Positions 10,706-23,779 of a DNA stretch of 64,000 nt are shown here, piece by piece. The notes under the pieces were generated by a model, which saw only the letters and a program-made list of their open reading frames with translations, did not search any database and was not told where the DNA came from. This DNA is from Chiloscyllium plagiosum (lineage: Eukaryota), in contig NC_057713.1 in NCBI RefSeq assembly GCF_004010195.1, positions 29,147,319 to 29,211,318 of the forward strand. Reading direction: 5' to 3'. Position numbers and translations under genes: made by a program. Each line of letters begins with the position of its first letter. Within the stretch, counting starts at the first letter, position 1.

Positions 10706-12389
10706 AAGTAACAGTTAAATTGGAAAAGAAACGTATTCACAGATTATCAGAAATACTGGTCTGCAACCAAAGTTAATTTCCACATTAGCTATTGCCACTG
10801 GGATTTCTTCCTAGATCAGTTTTTAAGCAAAAGGATTCATTAGCTGTGGCTATTGCTGCCTGGCCAATTGTTATTTCTCATCCCTAACTGTCTGGACAAT
10901 AGTTAAGAGCCAATTTTTGTTGGTCTGGAGTAACATATCAACCAGACCAGCTAAAGATGGCAGATGTCCTTCTCTGAAGGTCATTAATGAACGAGATAGG
11001 TTTTTAAGATAATCAACAATGGTTACAGCTTCACAACTTGTCTGTTTTGTGAACATTATCCACCCAGGAGGTCTGATTGCTACTTGAAAAGTTTGTAGCT
11101 CCCATATGTGAGTTATGTTGGAACTCAGCATTGAGTTCAAACGGCCCTGCTCTGCATCTTCCTCATGTGCGGGTCAAGCCTTGATCACATTCCTTACCAG
11201 CAAAAATGGTATTTGTCACAAACTCTGGTGAACTTTAGATTTGAGGTCCAATCACCATCTTGGATTCTCTGTGAAATCTCCATGTCTCTGATAATTCTAA
11301 TATTGAATTCACCACCCTCTGCCTCAGAGGGGAGTGTTACCACAGAGTCATGATTGTAACTGCCTTTGAAGAAAGTGGGTGAAAATCATTGCGACAAAGT
11401 GACTGAAAATATCACAATTAAACCTGAATTCTGACCTAGCCATTTGGCCTAATTAGACTTGGACCAACAATGAGGAAGGTAATGTAGGTACAATGTAAAT
11501 GTAAGATGAACAGTTTGCTCAGTAAAGCAGATATTTTAGTGTTCACTGTGATTGATGTAGTTTGGGGGTTTTGCCAAATTTCTGAGCATCAGGAAAGTAG
11601 GAAGTGTGAAATCTCTCAACACCCACCTTCCACTCAAACACATCAGGTCAAGGTTTGGGTTCTGCCAGCTAAGAAAACCCATGAGGGCTTTGCATCTCAT
11701 GATAAATTAGTTCCAGATGGAAAATATGAAACACTCCTTTTTGAATTCTGATAATCACTTGCTGCTCAGCTGTCCAGCTGTAGAAATTGCTCTTGGGTAA
11801 ACTCTTAGCTGAGATCGAGTTGTCCTGCAGTAAGGCAATTTTATGTTCGACAGATACTTGTTTGGAAAGGAATCAGTTGAGTCTGTTCATAAACTCATTG
11901 CATCACAAAGCCTTACAGTTTCTGAACAGAAGAAAGTTTCACCTCATGAGTTTGAATTGGTTTCAAATTGAGGTCCATAAGTGACAGGACAGTTTAAAAC
12001 GAAAGCATTCATATACAATTAAAAGTTGGATCCAGAATGTTGCCCAAGTGTAACTTTCATCAAATTTGATGGATGGTTTCTCTCCACGAATTTTGGGTGT
12101 GATTGTCCCAAACCTCCCTCATAAACTACCCAGCAGGTTCCTATGGCTCCTCTCTCAGTGACTCTCCCATGTGCTCTAGCTGGACATCCTTGCCATTACT
12201 TTGACATCATGACACAGGCACCATCTTTCAAAGTGATCAAGCACTGGCAGTCCACAGCTGCCCTGCCCCGATTGTGACATTTGCCACAGACACGACAGAA
12301 AAGAAGAAATTGGCACTTCCTTTACGGATAGAGAGCATGAAGTCCTGGTAGAAGGCATGCTGCAGGGGAGAGTCTGGTTTCACAGAGCA

Positions 12390-12980
12390 GGACTATATAG
12401 CTCCTCAAAAATTAAAGGCATTAAGTTTGGATGAATTGAAAGGGGTAGCCAGTCACTAAGAGTTAAGGTTCCAGCTGAAAGCCAGCTAAAAACAGAAATT
12501 CCAACTTGAGCAGTAAAATATCTAAAGTTGGAAAGGATAGTGATGCAGATAAACTAAATCTGGAGCATCACAGATTAAAATTCCAACAGAATAGGAAGGA
12601 AAGAGAAGTCCAGGAATTGCAAAAGAAGGCAAGGTATAGCAAAGGGAGAAGAAAGTAAAGAGAAAATGCAAATTGAAACAGCTCAAACTGAGAAGGGAGA
12701 ATTCCATTGAAACGACCTCTGCTGCGGGAGCCACAGACATCAGTGCTGAAATACTCATGCTTAGCAATTTAATCCCCACTTTTCATAAAGGAGATGCCTC
12801 TTTCATCTCTTTTGAGCAGTTAACATTGTAGCAAAGGTTGCCAGTCTAACAATGAGCATGGTTACTGAAGAGCACACTGACAGGGAAAGTTCACAATATT
12901 TGAGAAGAGTGTAACAGAATATCAGGCAGCAAAAAGAGCTATTTTAAGTGCATACCACTACGTGCTAGTGATTTATACAT
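12390..12980 (+). mobile_element. Gypsy-type gag relic, heavily decayed
   Basis: Broken peptides LIPTFHKGDA..FISFEQ, STLTGKVH and AKRAILSAYHYV after an E/K/R-rich stretch; recalled similarity to fish Gypsy/Gmr1 gag. Confidence 0.55.
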
Positions 12981-13284
12981 ATTTTGCATATCAATTACTC
13001 TTTTACCATTAGCACTCCCTTTGTCTTTTGCCACTCACTTGTCCTCCAATCTGGCAACAAATCTTCTGTCCTGAAGACGTGACAGTGAATACAAAATATT
13101 AACTTGCTTTCTCTCTCTACAGATGCTATAGACCTGCTGGGTTTCTCCAACATCTTACCTTTTCAATATAGATTTTCCGCATCTGCAGTATTTTGCTTTT
13201 GTGAAAGAAACCTGCCTTTCCACCTAAATCGTTTAAGAATGTTCCATTTTGCACATCACGTGAAGGAAACTGTGGGGGATAAAT

Positions 13285-13670
13285 ACAGCATCTTCCAACG
13301 CTGTGAGGTCAACCACCTAAAAGACAAAGGCAGCAGATACCTAGGAAAACCAGCAGCTGCTAGTTTCCTTTCATGCCACACATCACCCTGACTTACAGTC
13401 GTAGAGTCATAGAGGTTTACAGCATGGGAACAGGCCCTTTGGTCCATCTTGCCCATGCCACCCAGTTTCCACAATTAAACTGATCTCATTTGCCTGCATT
13501 GGTCCATATCCTTCCATTCCTATCCCATCACTGGAAAGATATCATGGTTCCTTAATGGTCAAAATCCTGGAGCTTTATTCCTAATAGCATTGTGCATGTC
13601 CTAACAGCTCAAGGACTGCAATAGTTCAAGAAGGCAGCTCACCACCATCTTCTCAAGGGCAATGAGTGCT
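13285..13670 (+). mobile_element. LDIKAAF-type LINE 3' tail interrupted by a minus-strand CR1 tail (~13400-13530)
   Basis: Matches 8880-9100; insert starts with GTCGTAGAGTCATAGAG repeats. Confidence 0.7.
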
Positions 13671-13899
13671 CTGCCCTTCCTGCCTTCTCTCAATAATCAG
13701 TTAAACAAAAGAAAGAGTTATCAATTCTGCCATAAGATGACACTAACTCATCAATAAGCATCTCACTAAAGTTCAGTTCTGCTACAAATACCAGTCTTCA
13801 GCCACTAATCTGGACTTGGACATTAACATTGAATCATAAGGTGACATAATAAGATAATGTGAATGCATTCATTTGATAAGCCAATGATTTTACTTTGAT

Positions 13900-15010
13900 T
13901 TTATTTGTGCAACATTGCCAAAGTCAATATTTATTGCCTGCCCTTAATTGCCCCTATCCTGATGAACTACATTCCTGATGAAGGGCTTTTGCCCGAAACA
14001 TTGATTTTCCTGCTCCTAGGATGCTGCCTGACCTGCTGTGCTTTTACAGCAACACTCTAGTCTAGACTCTGATCTCCAGCATCTGCAGTCCTCACTTTCG
14101 CCTACATTCTTGAACTGTCGAAGTCCCACATCTGGTGTTCGAAGGGAGGGAGTTCCAGGATTTTGATCAGTGAAGGAACAGTGATACAGTTCCTAGACAA
14201 GATGGTGTGTGGGTTAAAGGGGGATTTTCCCATGTGTTTGCTGCTCTTGCCCTTCCCAGGGGAAGAAGTCACAGATTTGGAAGGCGCAGTTGCAGCAGGC
14301 TTAGCAAGTTTCTGCAGTGAATCTTGCAGAGGGCACACACTGTTGCCATCATGTATTAGTGGTAGGGGAAGTGAGTGTTTATGTTGGGAGTGCCAGTCAT
14401 GAGGGCTGCTTTGACTTGGATGGTATCAAGCTTCTTAAATCTTGTTGGAGTTCTACCCATCCAGGCAAGTGGGGAATTTTCCATCACACTTCTGACTTGT
14501 GCCTTGTAAATAGAATCATTGAATTTTACAGTACAGGAGAGGGCCATTCGGCTTATCATGTCTGCACAGGTTCCCAAAAGAGATATCCACCACTCTCCTA
14601 GGCAGCACATTCCACATCCTGACAACTCAATAAAGACGTTCTTTCTCATCTCATTGCTAGCTCTCTTGCTGACAGTCCTGCAATTTTGACTCCGGGTTAT
14701 TGACATACCAACTAGTGGAAACAGAATATCCTTGTTCATTATCAAGTTTGCTCATAATTTTGTTCATAATCAATAAGGTCACTCCCTAATCTTCGCTGCT
14801 CCAAGAAGAATAAGCTCAATTTTTCTAGTATTTCCTTGTACCTAAAATCCCTCATTCTGGTAAATCTCCTTTTCACTGTCTCCAGAGCTTTAATAACCTT
14901 CCTTAAACAAGGTAGCCAGAACTGAAGACAATACTCCAATAGTGAACACACCTGGGGAATCAGGAATGGAGTTACCTGCCACAGGATTTCCAGGTTCTGA
15001 CTTGTTTTTG
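13900..15010 (-). mobile_element. LDIKAAF-type LINE 3' part with nested PLE arm (13971-14101, +) and nested CR1 (~14510-14945, -)
   Basis: YKAQVRSVMENSPLAWM and KKLDTIQVKAA on minus; LLEYCLQFWLP...LEQRRLGSDLI in the nested CR1; CTACATTC duplicated around the PLE arm. Confidence 0.85.
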
Positions 15011-15294
15011 TAATGTTGATCAAAGTGAGAAACACTAGAAATACATCTCACATCTCATTGGAGTTTCTGTCATTACACAGGATTCATTTGAAGATTGTTC
15101 AGAACAGTACATGTACCTTCGGTGTTTTATCCGCATTTTCCATATTGGATGAAGGTTGTTAACTTGTTTCACGTTGAAGAGATACAGCATCCAGCTGCTC
15201 GAATTGTGAACTGTGTTCGAAAGGAAGATGTTCTAAAATCATATTCAAAATTATAATGTACTTACAACTGCATATTCTTTTTAAACTTTGGCTT

Positions 15295-16752
15295 TGATCT
15301 TATGTCTTCACTGTCTACAGGAGTAGTGCCAGAAGATTGGAGGATAGAAAATATTGTCCCCTTGTTCAAGAAGGGGAGTAGAGTCAAACCTGGTAATTAT
15401 AGACCAGTGAGCTTTACTTTGGTTGTGGGTAGAGTGTTGGAAAGGATTATAAGAGATAGGATTTCTAATCATCTAGAAAGGAATAATTTGATTGGGAATA
15501 GTCAACACGGTTTTGTGGGGGGTGGGGGGGGGGGGGAGTAAGTCGTGCCTCACAAACCTTATTGAGTTCTTTGAGAAGGTGATTAAACAGGTGGATGAGG
15601 ATAGAGTGGTTGATGTGGATTTCGATGGAGCAATGATAGGGTTCCCATTCGTAGGCTATTCCACAAAATACGGAAGCATGGGATTGAGGGTGATTTAACG
15701 GTTTGGATCAGACATTGGCTAGCTGAAAGAAGACAGAGTGGTGGTTGATGGGAAATGTTCATCCTGGAGTTCAGTAACTAGTGGTATACCGCAAGGATCT
15801 ATTTTGGGGCCATTGCTATTTGTCATTTTTATAAATGACCTGCATGAGGGCATAGAAGGATGGGTTGGTGGATTTGTGGATGACAGAAGGATTGGTGGAG
15901 TTGTGGATCGTGCTGAAGGATGTTGCAAGTTACAGAGGGACATGGAAATGCTGCAGAGCTGGGCTGAGAGGTGGGAAATGGAGATTAATGCGGAAAAGTG
16001 TGAGGTAATTCACTTTGGAAGGAAAACATGAATACAGAGTACTGGGCTAAAGGTAAGATTCTTGGTAGTGTAGATGAGCAGAGAGATCTCTGTGTCGTTG
16101 TGCATAAATCCCTGAAAGTTGCCACCCAGGTTGATAGGGTTGTTAAGAAGACGTACAGTGTGTCAGGTTTTATTGGTAGAGGGATTAAGTTTCCGAGCCA
16201 TGAGGTCATATTGCAGTTGTACAGAACTCTGGTGTGGCCGCACTTGGAGTATTGCATAAAGTTCTGGTCACCGCATTCTCGGAAGGATGTGGAAGCCTTG
16301 GAAAGGGTTCAGAGGAGATTTACCAAAATGTTGCCTGATATGAAAAGAAGGTCTTATGAGGAAAGGCTGAGGAACTTGAGTCTGTTTTCTTTAGAGAGAA
16401 GAAGGTTGAGAAGCATACAAGATGATCAGAGAATTAGATAGGGTAGACAGTAAGAGCCTTTTTCCTTGGATGGCAATGGCTAGCAAGAGGGGATATAGCT
16501 TTAAATTGAGGGGTGATAGATATAGGACAGATGTCAGAGGTAGGTTCTTTACTCAGAGAGTATTAAGGGCTTGGAATGTCCTGCCTGCAACAGTAGTAGA
16601 CTGTTTAAGGGCATTTAAAGTGTCATTGGATAAACTTATGGATGATAATGGAATAGTGTAGGTTAGATGGGCTTCAGATTGGTTTCACAGGTCGGCGCAA
16701 CATCCAGGGTCTAAGGGCCTGTACTGCGCTTTAATGTTCTATGTTCTATATG
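15295..16752 (+). mobile_element. CR1/HER1-like LINE, 5' truncated, RT plus 3' UTR, frameshifted
   Basis: PEDWR..NIVPLFKKG..NYRPVSFT, SCLTNLIEFFE, SGIPQGSILGP, LYRTLVWPHLEYC, FFTQRV; tail TTCTATG repeats. Confidence 0.95.
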
Positions 16753-17171
16753 TTTGATATTTCATATTGTAATAGGCAGTATAGTGGAAGTTATTAGGAA
16801 CTCAGAAGTGTATTGTCACTGTAAAGGTTCTTGTAGCATTGTGGTAGTGTCCCTACATCTAAACCTGGAGGCCTGAGAACAAATCCAATCTGCTCCAGTG
16901 TGTCATAATGTGTATTATCAAATTGTTTAAAAATAGCTTACTGCTATTGGAGATAAGCCCCTCAATGAAGATTGATATTTGGATGCAATAGGGCTACCCT
17001 CCTACCACTGAGCAAACGAGTCTTGCAGTGTCCACTTAAATATGCCGAGCTTGGGAATGACAATTATCTCTTCCTTTTCCATTGTGGCCAGTAGGATGCT
17101 TTCGTGGGCTCGCCAGTGGGCACTCAGTAGTACGGGTTTTGCGCCAGAAAGGTGCACAGCAGAATTTACAG

Positions 17172-17301
17172 GTGAAAGTGAGGACAGCGGATGCTGGAGA
17201 TCAGAGTTGAAAAGTGTGGTGCTGGAAAAGCACAGCAGGTCAGGCAGCATCCAAGGAGCAGGAGAGTTGACGTTTCGGGCATAAGCCCTTCATCAGGAAT
17301 G
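17172..17301 (-). mobile_element. Solo PLE arm with hammerhead-like core
   Basis: Homologous to 3581-3708; ACAGGTG on both sides. Confidence 0.85.
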
Positions 17302-18075
17302 TCACAGGTGCTTCTATTTTAAAACCAGCCTGTGAGATGCTGTTTCAAGTTGTGGCCATTGGGTGGCATCATGGCACAAGTTTCCAAAGGCTCTCTCAAT
17401 TCCATTGCCAGCTTGTGAGCAAAATAAATTGCACTCAAAAAAATCACTGGTGGGTAAAGCCCTATAGAATATGTCAGTCACTATTAAAAGACTTTCCACT
17501 GAAATCTGGAGCTGAATTCCAAGCTGATCCATCAGCAGCAAATACCCAGTTTCTAAATGGTAAGCTAGCTGCACACCATTACAACTGTATCCTTCACTCT
17601 TGCATTCACTTACATAACTGGGAAATCTGCTTCCTGTTCACCACTAGTGAGCCTTGCTTAGTCTCCTCTGTATTCAGCTTCTTGCTGATGTCAATAAGTT
17701 TGTCAGAGCCCCCAGTGTGGTGGAGTAAAAGCCTGTGGGGCATGTGACTGTTGCAAAATGAATGAACCATGGTAACTTCCAATGATACCCACAGACAAAA
17801 ACATTTCTATTACTAGATATGAGCTGAAAATTCAGTGAGTGGAATCTCTTCCCATTCTTAAGTATACCTGGGTAACCCAAGGATGCCAGGTTTGCTACAT
17901 CATTTTAGCCAATCATATCGTGTAGCTGTGTGGATCCGGCCATTGCAACACTAGAAGCGCTTTGTGTCACTACATCAACAGTAAAACCTATCCCAAAAAT
18001 TCTTTATCTCTGCCCACACCAGGAAGAAAAATCAGTGGAATCCTTAGATGGCTGTGGGATGCATCTCTGCAAATA

Positions 18076-18347
18076 AGATTAGATTAGATTACTTACAGTG
18101 TGGAAACAGGCCCTTCGGCCCAACAAGTCCACACCGACCCTCCGAAGAGCAACCCACCCAGACCCATTCCCCAACATTTATCCCTTCACCTAACACTATG
18201 GGAAATTTAGTATGGCCAATTCACCTAACCTGCACATCTTTGGTCTGTGGGAGGAAACAGGAGCACCTGGAGGAAACCACGCAGAATTGAACCTGGGTCC
18301 CTGGTGCTGTGAGGCAGCAGTGCTAACCATTGTGCCACCGTGCCACC
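18076..18347 (-). mobile_element. HE1/V-SINE-like element with internal deletion
   Basis: Minus: GGCACGGTGGCACAATGGTTAGCACTGCTGCC head, GGTTCAATTC B-box, (CTAAT)n tail. Confidence 0.9.
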
Positions 18348-18796
18348 CAAAGATAGTGACCCTGCTGTATCTAACTTTGGTAGTTTGCAAAGCCAAGTAG
18401 TTCTCTTTTCTCTCCAGACCACACTGTCCTTTCACAAAGCTCTGTCCTTTTGTGATATTCATTGATTTGTAGGGCAACCTGTAACCTGATATATTGTTGC
18501 CATGGCAAAATGAAACCTATAGCCTTACCTTCAAATAAAATTGCTGATAAGCAATTTTAACCAAATCTCTTCTATCTTAAAACCAAATGGTCAGGTTAGA
18601 GCAAAACAGTACTTTTCTAGGACTCAACCCATTGTGAACTCAAAGACTGCTATAATTGTCTTTAACCATGAATGCCTTATCCATTGCCTCACTAATACAA
18701 TATGGCCAATCCTTTGAACTTTAATCCACAACAGACATGTTACCAACCAGACTTCAGAACTGGTCACATGATCCCTTCCATTTTACTTTAAAGACA

Positions 18797-18886
18797 CAGT
18801 TGAAAAGTGTGACGCTGGAAAAGCACAGCTGATCAGGCAGAAGCAGGAGAGTCGATGTTTCTGGCATAAGCCCTTCATCAGAAATG
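18797..18886 (-). mobile_element. Solo PLE arm, decayed
   Basis: GCTGGAAAAGCACAG...AAGCCCTTCATCAG homology. Confidence 0.75.
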
Positions 18887-18996
18887 TTTATTGAATTTTT
18901 ATTTTTATTGAATTTAAAGACAATGTTAAAATATAATAATCTGATATAATTTATAACAGTTTGTCAATAAATTAATGAAGATAGATTTTTGAAAAT

Positions 18997-19447
18997 TCAT
19001 TCATGGGATTGTGGGCACCACTAGCCACACAGCATTTATTACCATCCCTAATTTCCCAAGGCAAACTAAGAGTCAGCATCATTGCTGTAGGCCTGGAGTC
19101 ACAAGTAGACAAAGAAGGCAACTTCTTTTCCAAAAGACATTAGTAAACCAGGTGGGCTTTTTGGGGCAATTAGCAATGGTTTCATGGTCATCATTGGACG
19201 CTTAATGTGAGATTTTTATTAATTCAAATTCCACCATTTGTCATGGCAAGGTTCAAACCCAGCTTCCCAGAACATTACCTGGGCCTCTGGAAAAATAGAG
19301 TCAAGGTTAGAGTGGAGCTAGAAAAGCACAGCAGGCCAGGCAGCATCCGAGGAGCAGGAAAATCACAATTTCGGGCAAAAGCCCTTCATCAGGAATGAGG
19401 CCTCTGGAAGAAGAGCCCAGTAATAATACCATGAGACCATCAGCTCC
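18997..19447 (-). mobile_element. tRNA-headed SINE with nested PLE arm (~19297-19398)
   Basis: Same family as 1720-2130; GGCCTCTGGAA duplicated on both sides of the PLE arm. Confidence 0.75.
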
Positions 19448-20619
19448 CTTACAATTTATGTGAATATTCCACTTGTCATGTGATACTGTAAAAACCTGTC
19501 TAGCAATTCCCATCAACCAACAACGTGAGTATTTTTTGCTCCCTTGTCGTGATTCTCTAAATTTTAAGCTATTTGTGTCTCTACAATGGAACATAGAATA
19601 TTAGGGTCCATGATTACGATCTATCTATCATTTTGGGCATATTCCTGGCAGGAATCCACCAGACAGAAAACAAAGAAAGACAACTGGATTTCAGTCAATT
19701 TCTCACAGGGTGCACTTGGTCCAGTCTCTATTCTCTCTGCAGTGTGCCCAGTGCCCAATCTCTGTGCTGTCTGTTCCCCAAATCCAATCTGATCTTCCAG
19801 TCTGCCCTGGGTCTGGCCCTGGTCTGCCTCTGCCCTAGACTCAGCCCTGCCCCTACGATTTCTGTGTCTGAGCCCAGTTCTCTGTGCTCTGAGTCTAATC
19901 TGGCTTTGTGGCAGAAGGATAAAATATTGAAAAGAAATATAGCATACAGAGGGAAACAAAGTGACACCTGCCATAGATTCTCTGCTGCTGTGTATTAGTG
20001 AAGCATTTTCTGTCTTCTACTCTTCGGCCAAGAGTGGAAACTTCATTGGAAAAAGAAATGTAATAAATGCTCTCTTGCATTTCTTTTCCAAGATACAATG
20101 CACAAATATGCCAAAATTCTACATTTTTATAGTAGCTGGAACTCAAAGGTGGTCTTGAGAATAAAATGAAAAATAACAGGACAGGCAATTGGAAAAATAA
20201 TTCACACAAATCACCTATGTTTTCTCAGGAAAGTAAAAGTGAAGCAACTAATTAAAATGATAGATCAGTGAGTTGAAACACTTGCCAAAGAATCTCATGC
20301 GTTGCCTCCCCTCACTGCTTCCTTACACAGAAATCTTGACTCATCTGCTACTCACATTAACTAGAGTACTTGATGTTCAGAGCCTCTGCCTGGATCTCCC
20401 ATAAGAAATTCCTGTCAAAATTCCAATAGTATCTTTGAATAGTTACACTGGACTATTTCCATCAACTGCTCCTTTACACCATGATTACCATTATTCTGAT
20501 TTGCTTTTAATTAATTGGTAGCAAAGCCTGACCAAAGGTAACCTTTCAAATGACTAGGGCTGGTCAGGCAATTTGAGTGAGACACTTGGTCTTTCTCCAA
20601 AGATGCTGCCTGAACTGTA

Positions 20620-20715
20620 AGATGAAGGGCTTTTGCCCGAAACATCGATTTTCCTGCTCCTCGAACGCTGTCTGAGCTGCTGTGCTTTTCCAGCACTACT
20701 CCAACTTTGACTCTT
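20620..20715 (+). mobile_element. Solo PLE arm
   Basis: GATGAAGGGCTTTTGCCCGAAACATCG...CTTTTCCAGCAC. Confidence 0.8.
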
Positions 20716-22866
20716 ATGTCCTTAGAACTCTTGTGACTGCATAGTTAGGTTTCAGCTACAAATTCGTCACTTCCTTAAAAAAAGGACATGTTTCTTGGTG
20801 CATAACATTGTGTTTAATGCACCAATCCTCACCACCTTTGTATTTTATAGAATTAATTCTCAAGGTGTGGATATTGCTTGCAAGGCCTCCATTTATTACC
20901 CAACCAGTTACCCTTGAAATGTGACGGGCATTGTTCTTGAATCATTGTAGTCCACAAAGCTGCTAGGCAGGGAGTTACGGTATTTTCATCTGATGATGAT
21001 GAAGGGATAGTGACAAATAACGAAGTTGGGATGGTGTGGAGGGAAGCATATTCTAATTTTGGTTAATGCTGTTAAATCTAAGAAAAATCGCTGAAACAAA
21101 TAGTCCCTCTGGTGAAAACATGGAGAACACTGGTTAGCTCTGCCCAGAGAGTCCTTTAGTCCTTGATGGGTGAAGCTTATCTCAGGATGTCAGATAACCA
21201 TTTAAAGTCCTAACAACATGAGAAAACAGTGCTATTAGAGAAATTTGGATGATTTGCTGCAATGCATGTGTAGATAATGCACACTTAAATCATGATTTGC
21301 CTGTGATAGAGGGAGTGGTTGGTTAAGGTTATGGATTTATGGTTTAAGTTCCTAAATTATCCTTCCCCTCTGTAAAACATATGGACTGTGAAATGGCACA
21401 CCAAATTGTGAAAACTGCTGCTGGTGTGAGAAGTTTTCATCGAGGATTGCTAAAAAAATCTCAAAACAACATCTGTTAATGATAAAGTGGGAAGAATCTC
21501 TTCATATGTTCATGCTGCTCAAAATGTGAAATGATCTAATGACAAAAAAAGTATTCTAGACTGTCAAAAACCATCAGTATTATCGAGAATCAGCCATTAG
21601 CCTTTATAGTAGTTTTTCTATGCAAAATTGGTGATCATCAACAATTAGATAAGTACAGTTTTGTACCAACTGGTGGAAAGGATTTGTAACTGGTTCAATT
21701 CACTTTAATTTGGGGGATCCTCCTGATCAACTCTACTAGCTAAATCATTGAAGAATTCCAGTGTAATTGTCAAACAAGATATCCTTCCAAGCAGATTTCA
21801 TTGCTAATTGGGAGTAATCTGCTGAGGATTCAGGAACTTTCTGAAAGGAAAGTACAAAATATTTCCATCACTACAAATGTCATTATTAGGTGCAGTATTG
21901 AAAGATAGATCAATGTCAATCATCATTAGAGTCTATCTTCCAAAGGTAACCTTTATATTGACCAACATAGTGTAATAAGTTCACATGTATCACAGTACTT
22001 TTCCAATGGAGAACAATAAAAAAAACTTTTAATTTCTGTGATTATGTTTTGTTGTTTGATTTAAATTAATGATTAGTAATGTTTTTCTTTCTTTCCAGTA
22101 TCAAAGATAATGCATTCCAAGCTTCATTGGACTGTTAAAGGTTTTTTTCCATTTCAAGTCATGATCACTCAAAACATTACAAGACTGAAGACCTCTGAAA
22201 ATGGACAAATTGTAAAAATACAACATTATTTATGGGGAATTAAGACAGCACCTTGTTTTTTTTTAATTGAAAGAGGACAGTCACCCTAAAATTCCAACCA
22301 GAAACACTGTATTAGGCTTATGTTTCTATAGCTACCTGTGTGTTACTCAGAGCTGAGTTTTCACTCAGGAGACTGTAGTTTCCGAAGGAAATATATGATA
22401 TAATTTCACGCATAAGTGAATATGTGGAAGAGCTTATCGAGGGATATGAAGGAATGTTATAAACTTCAAACCAAAAGGTTGATGATAGATTTTTGGCAGA
22501 CAGAGCTACCTAGAGAGCATGAAAGTAAATTGCTTGTGAAGCTCAATACTTCTGGAAGAAGCCAAAGGGATAATGACTATCTTTACCATTCCTGTTCCTA
22601 AATTACATTGAGACATTATAAAGCAGAGATAGGCGAGTCCTTTGTGTGATAACCATAATATTCCCCTGAGATCATGCCTGAGAAAACTGCAAGGCCCTAT
22701 GTGAAAATGTATCTTTTACAGTCAGCATATTCTGCATAGGCAGGAAAGATTTAGAACAAAGATAGAGTTAGTTAGCTTGATTGGCTCCCCTGTATCATGA
22801 GCTGCTGTTGATGTTTGGCACCCACTCCATTAGGATGACCATCTCATCACTCCTCCTATTTGGACA

Positions 22867-22996
22867 TGATTTGGAGATGCTGGTGTTGGGCTGGGGTGTA
22901 CAAAGACAATCACCTGATGAAGGAGCGTCGCTCCGAAAGCTAGTGTGCTTTCAATTGAACCTGTTGGACTATAACCTGGTGTTGTGTGATTTTTAT
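22867..22996 (+). mobile_element. 130-bp mini PLE-derived insertion of a second family
   Basis: Perfect 11-bp TSD CTATTTGGACA (22856-22866, 22997-23007); contains a hammerhead core. Confidence 0.8.
22911..22945 (+). ncRNA. Minimal type I hammerhead ribozyme motif
   Basis: CAC-CUGAUGA-A-GGAGC-guc-GCUCC-GAAA-GCUA-GUG: helix I CAC/GUG, helix II 5 bp, palindromic AGCU helix III, CUA cleavage triplet. Confidence 0.75.
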
Positions 22997-23779
22997 CTAT
23001 TTGGACAGGTATTCTCGCCACTACTCCCTCCTTGACTGATCTTTTTATCATTCCTCCAATTAAAACTTTTATCATTAAGCAGACTTTCGGAAGTCATCTC
23101 ATCATCACTGATGTTCTGTTGGCCTGAATTGAGCATAGAGATATCTGTTTAAGTTTGAGTGATGGTAAGATCATTCCTGATGGGAAATCGTTATCAAAAA
23201 AAAGGGGAAAACAGTTTCTAGAATTCAAACTTTATATTTTTCAAACATTATGGAGAACTTTCTTGGAATTGAAACATGCTACTCTGACACGCAGTCTGGA
23301 CTCTCTCCTGTTCACATTCATTAAACAGTAGCAAAGAATTAAATTGCAGTCTAGAAATGCAGCAATTAAATGATTCATCTCTCAATTTAAAGAAATAACC
23401 ACAATGCATTTTAAATTGGTTACTGTATTGTTCAAAGTGAGCATTAAAAAAAAGTTATTTTTAGAAGTAGCTTAACTTCCTGATGTGACATCAGTTAATA
23501 AATATGTTTTTCTACACCGACTATAAATATACGGTCATTCAAATGTGTTTTCCTGAGTTAATTCATTCAACAATGTTTAAATAAAATACTATAGCTTCAA
23601 TCTCTGGTCTAAGAACTGCAATATTAAACTAGTGCTCACTTTATTGTAGTTGAGTGATTCTTGGTGGAAACGTGCAGGTATGTGGATGTCGGGTGATGAC
23701 ATTGCACTTTGAAAGCTATTGATGGATCATTCTTACTTTTTTTTTGCTTAATCTAACTTTTCTGTAGTCCGTTCTCACA

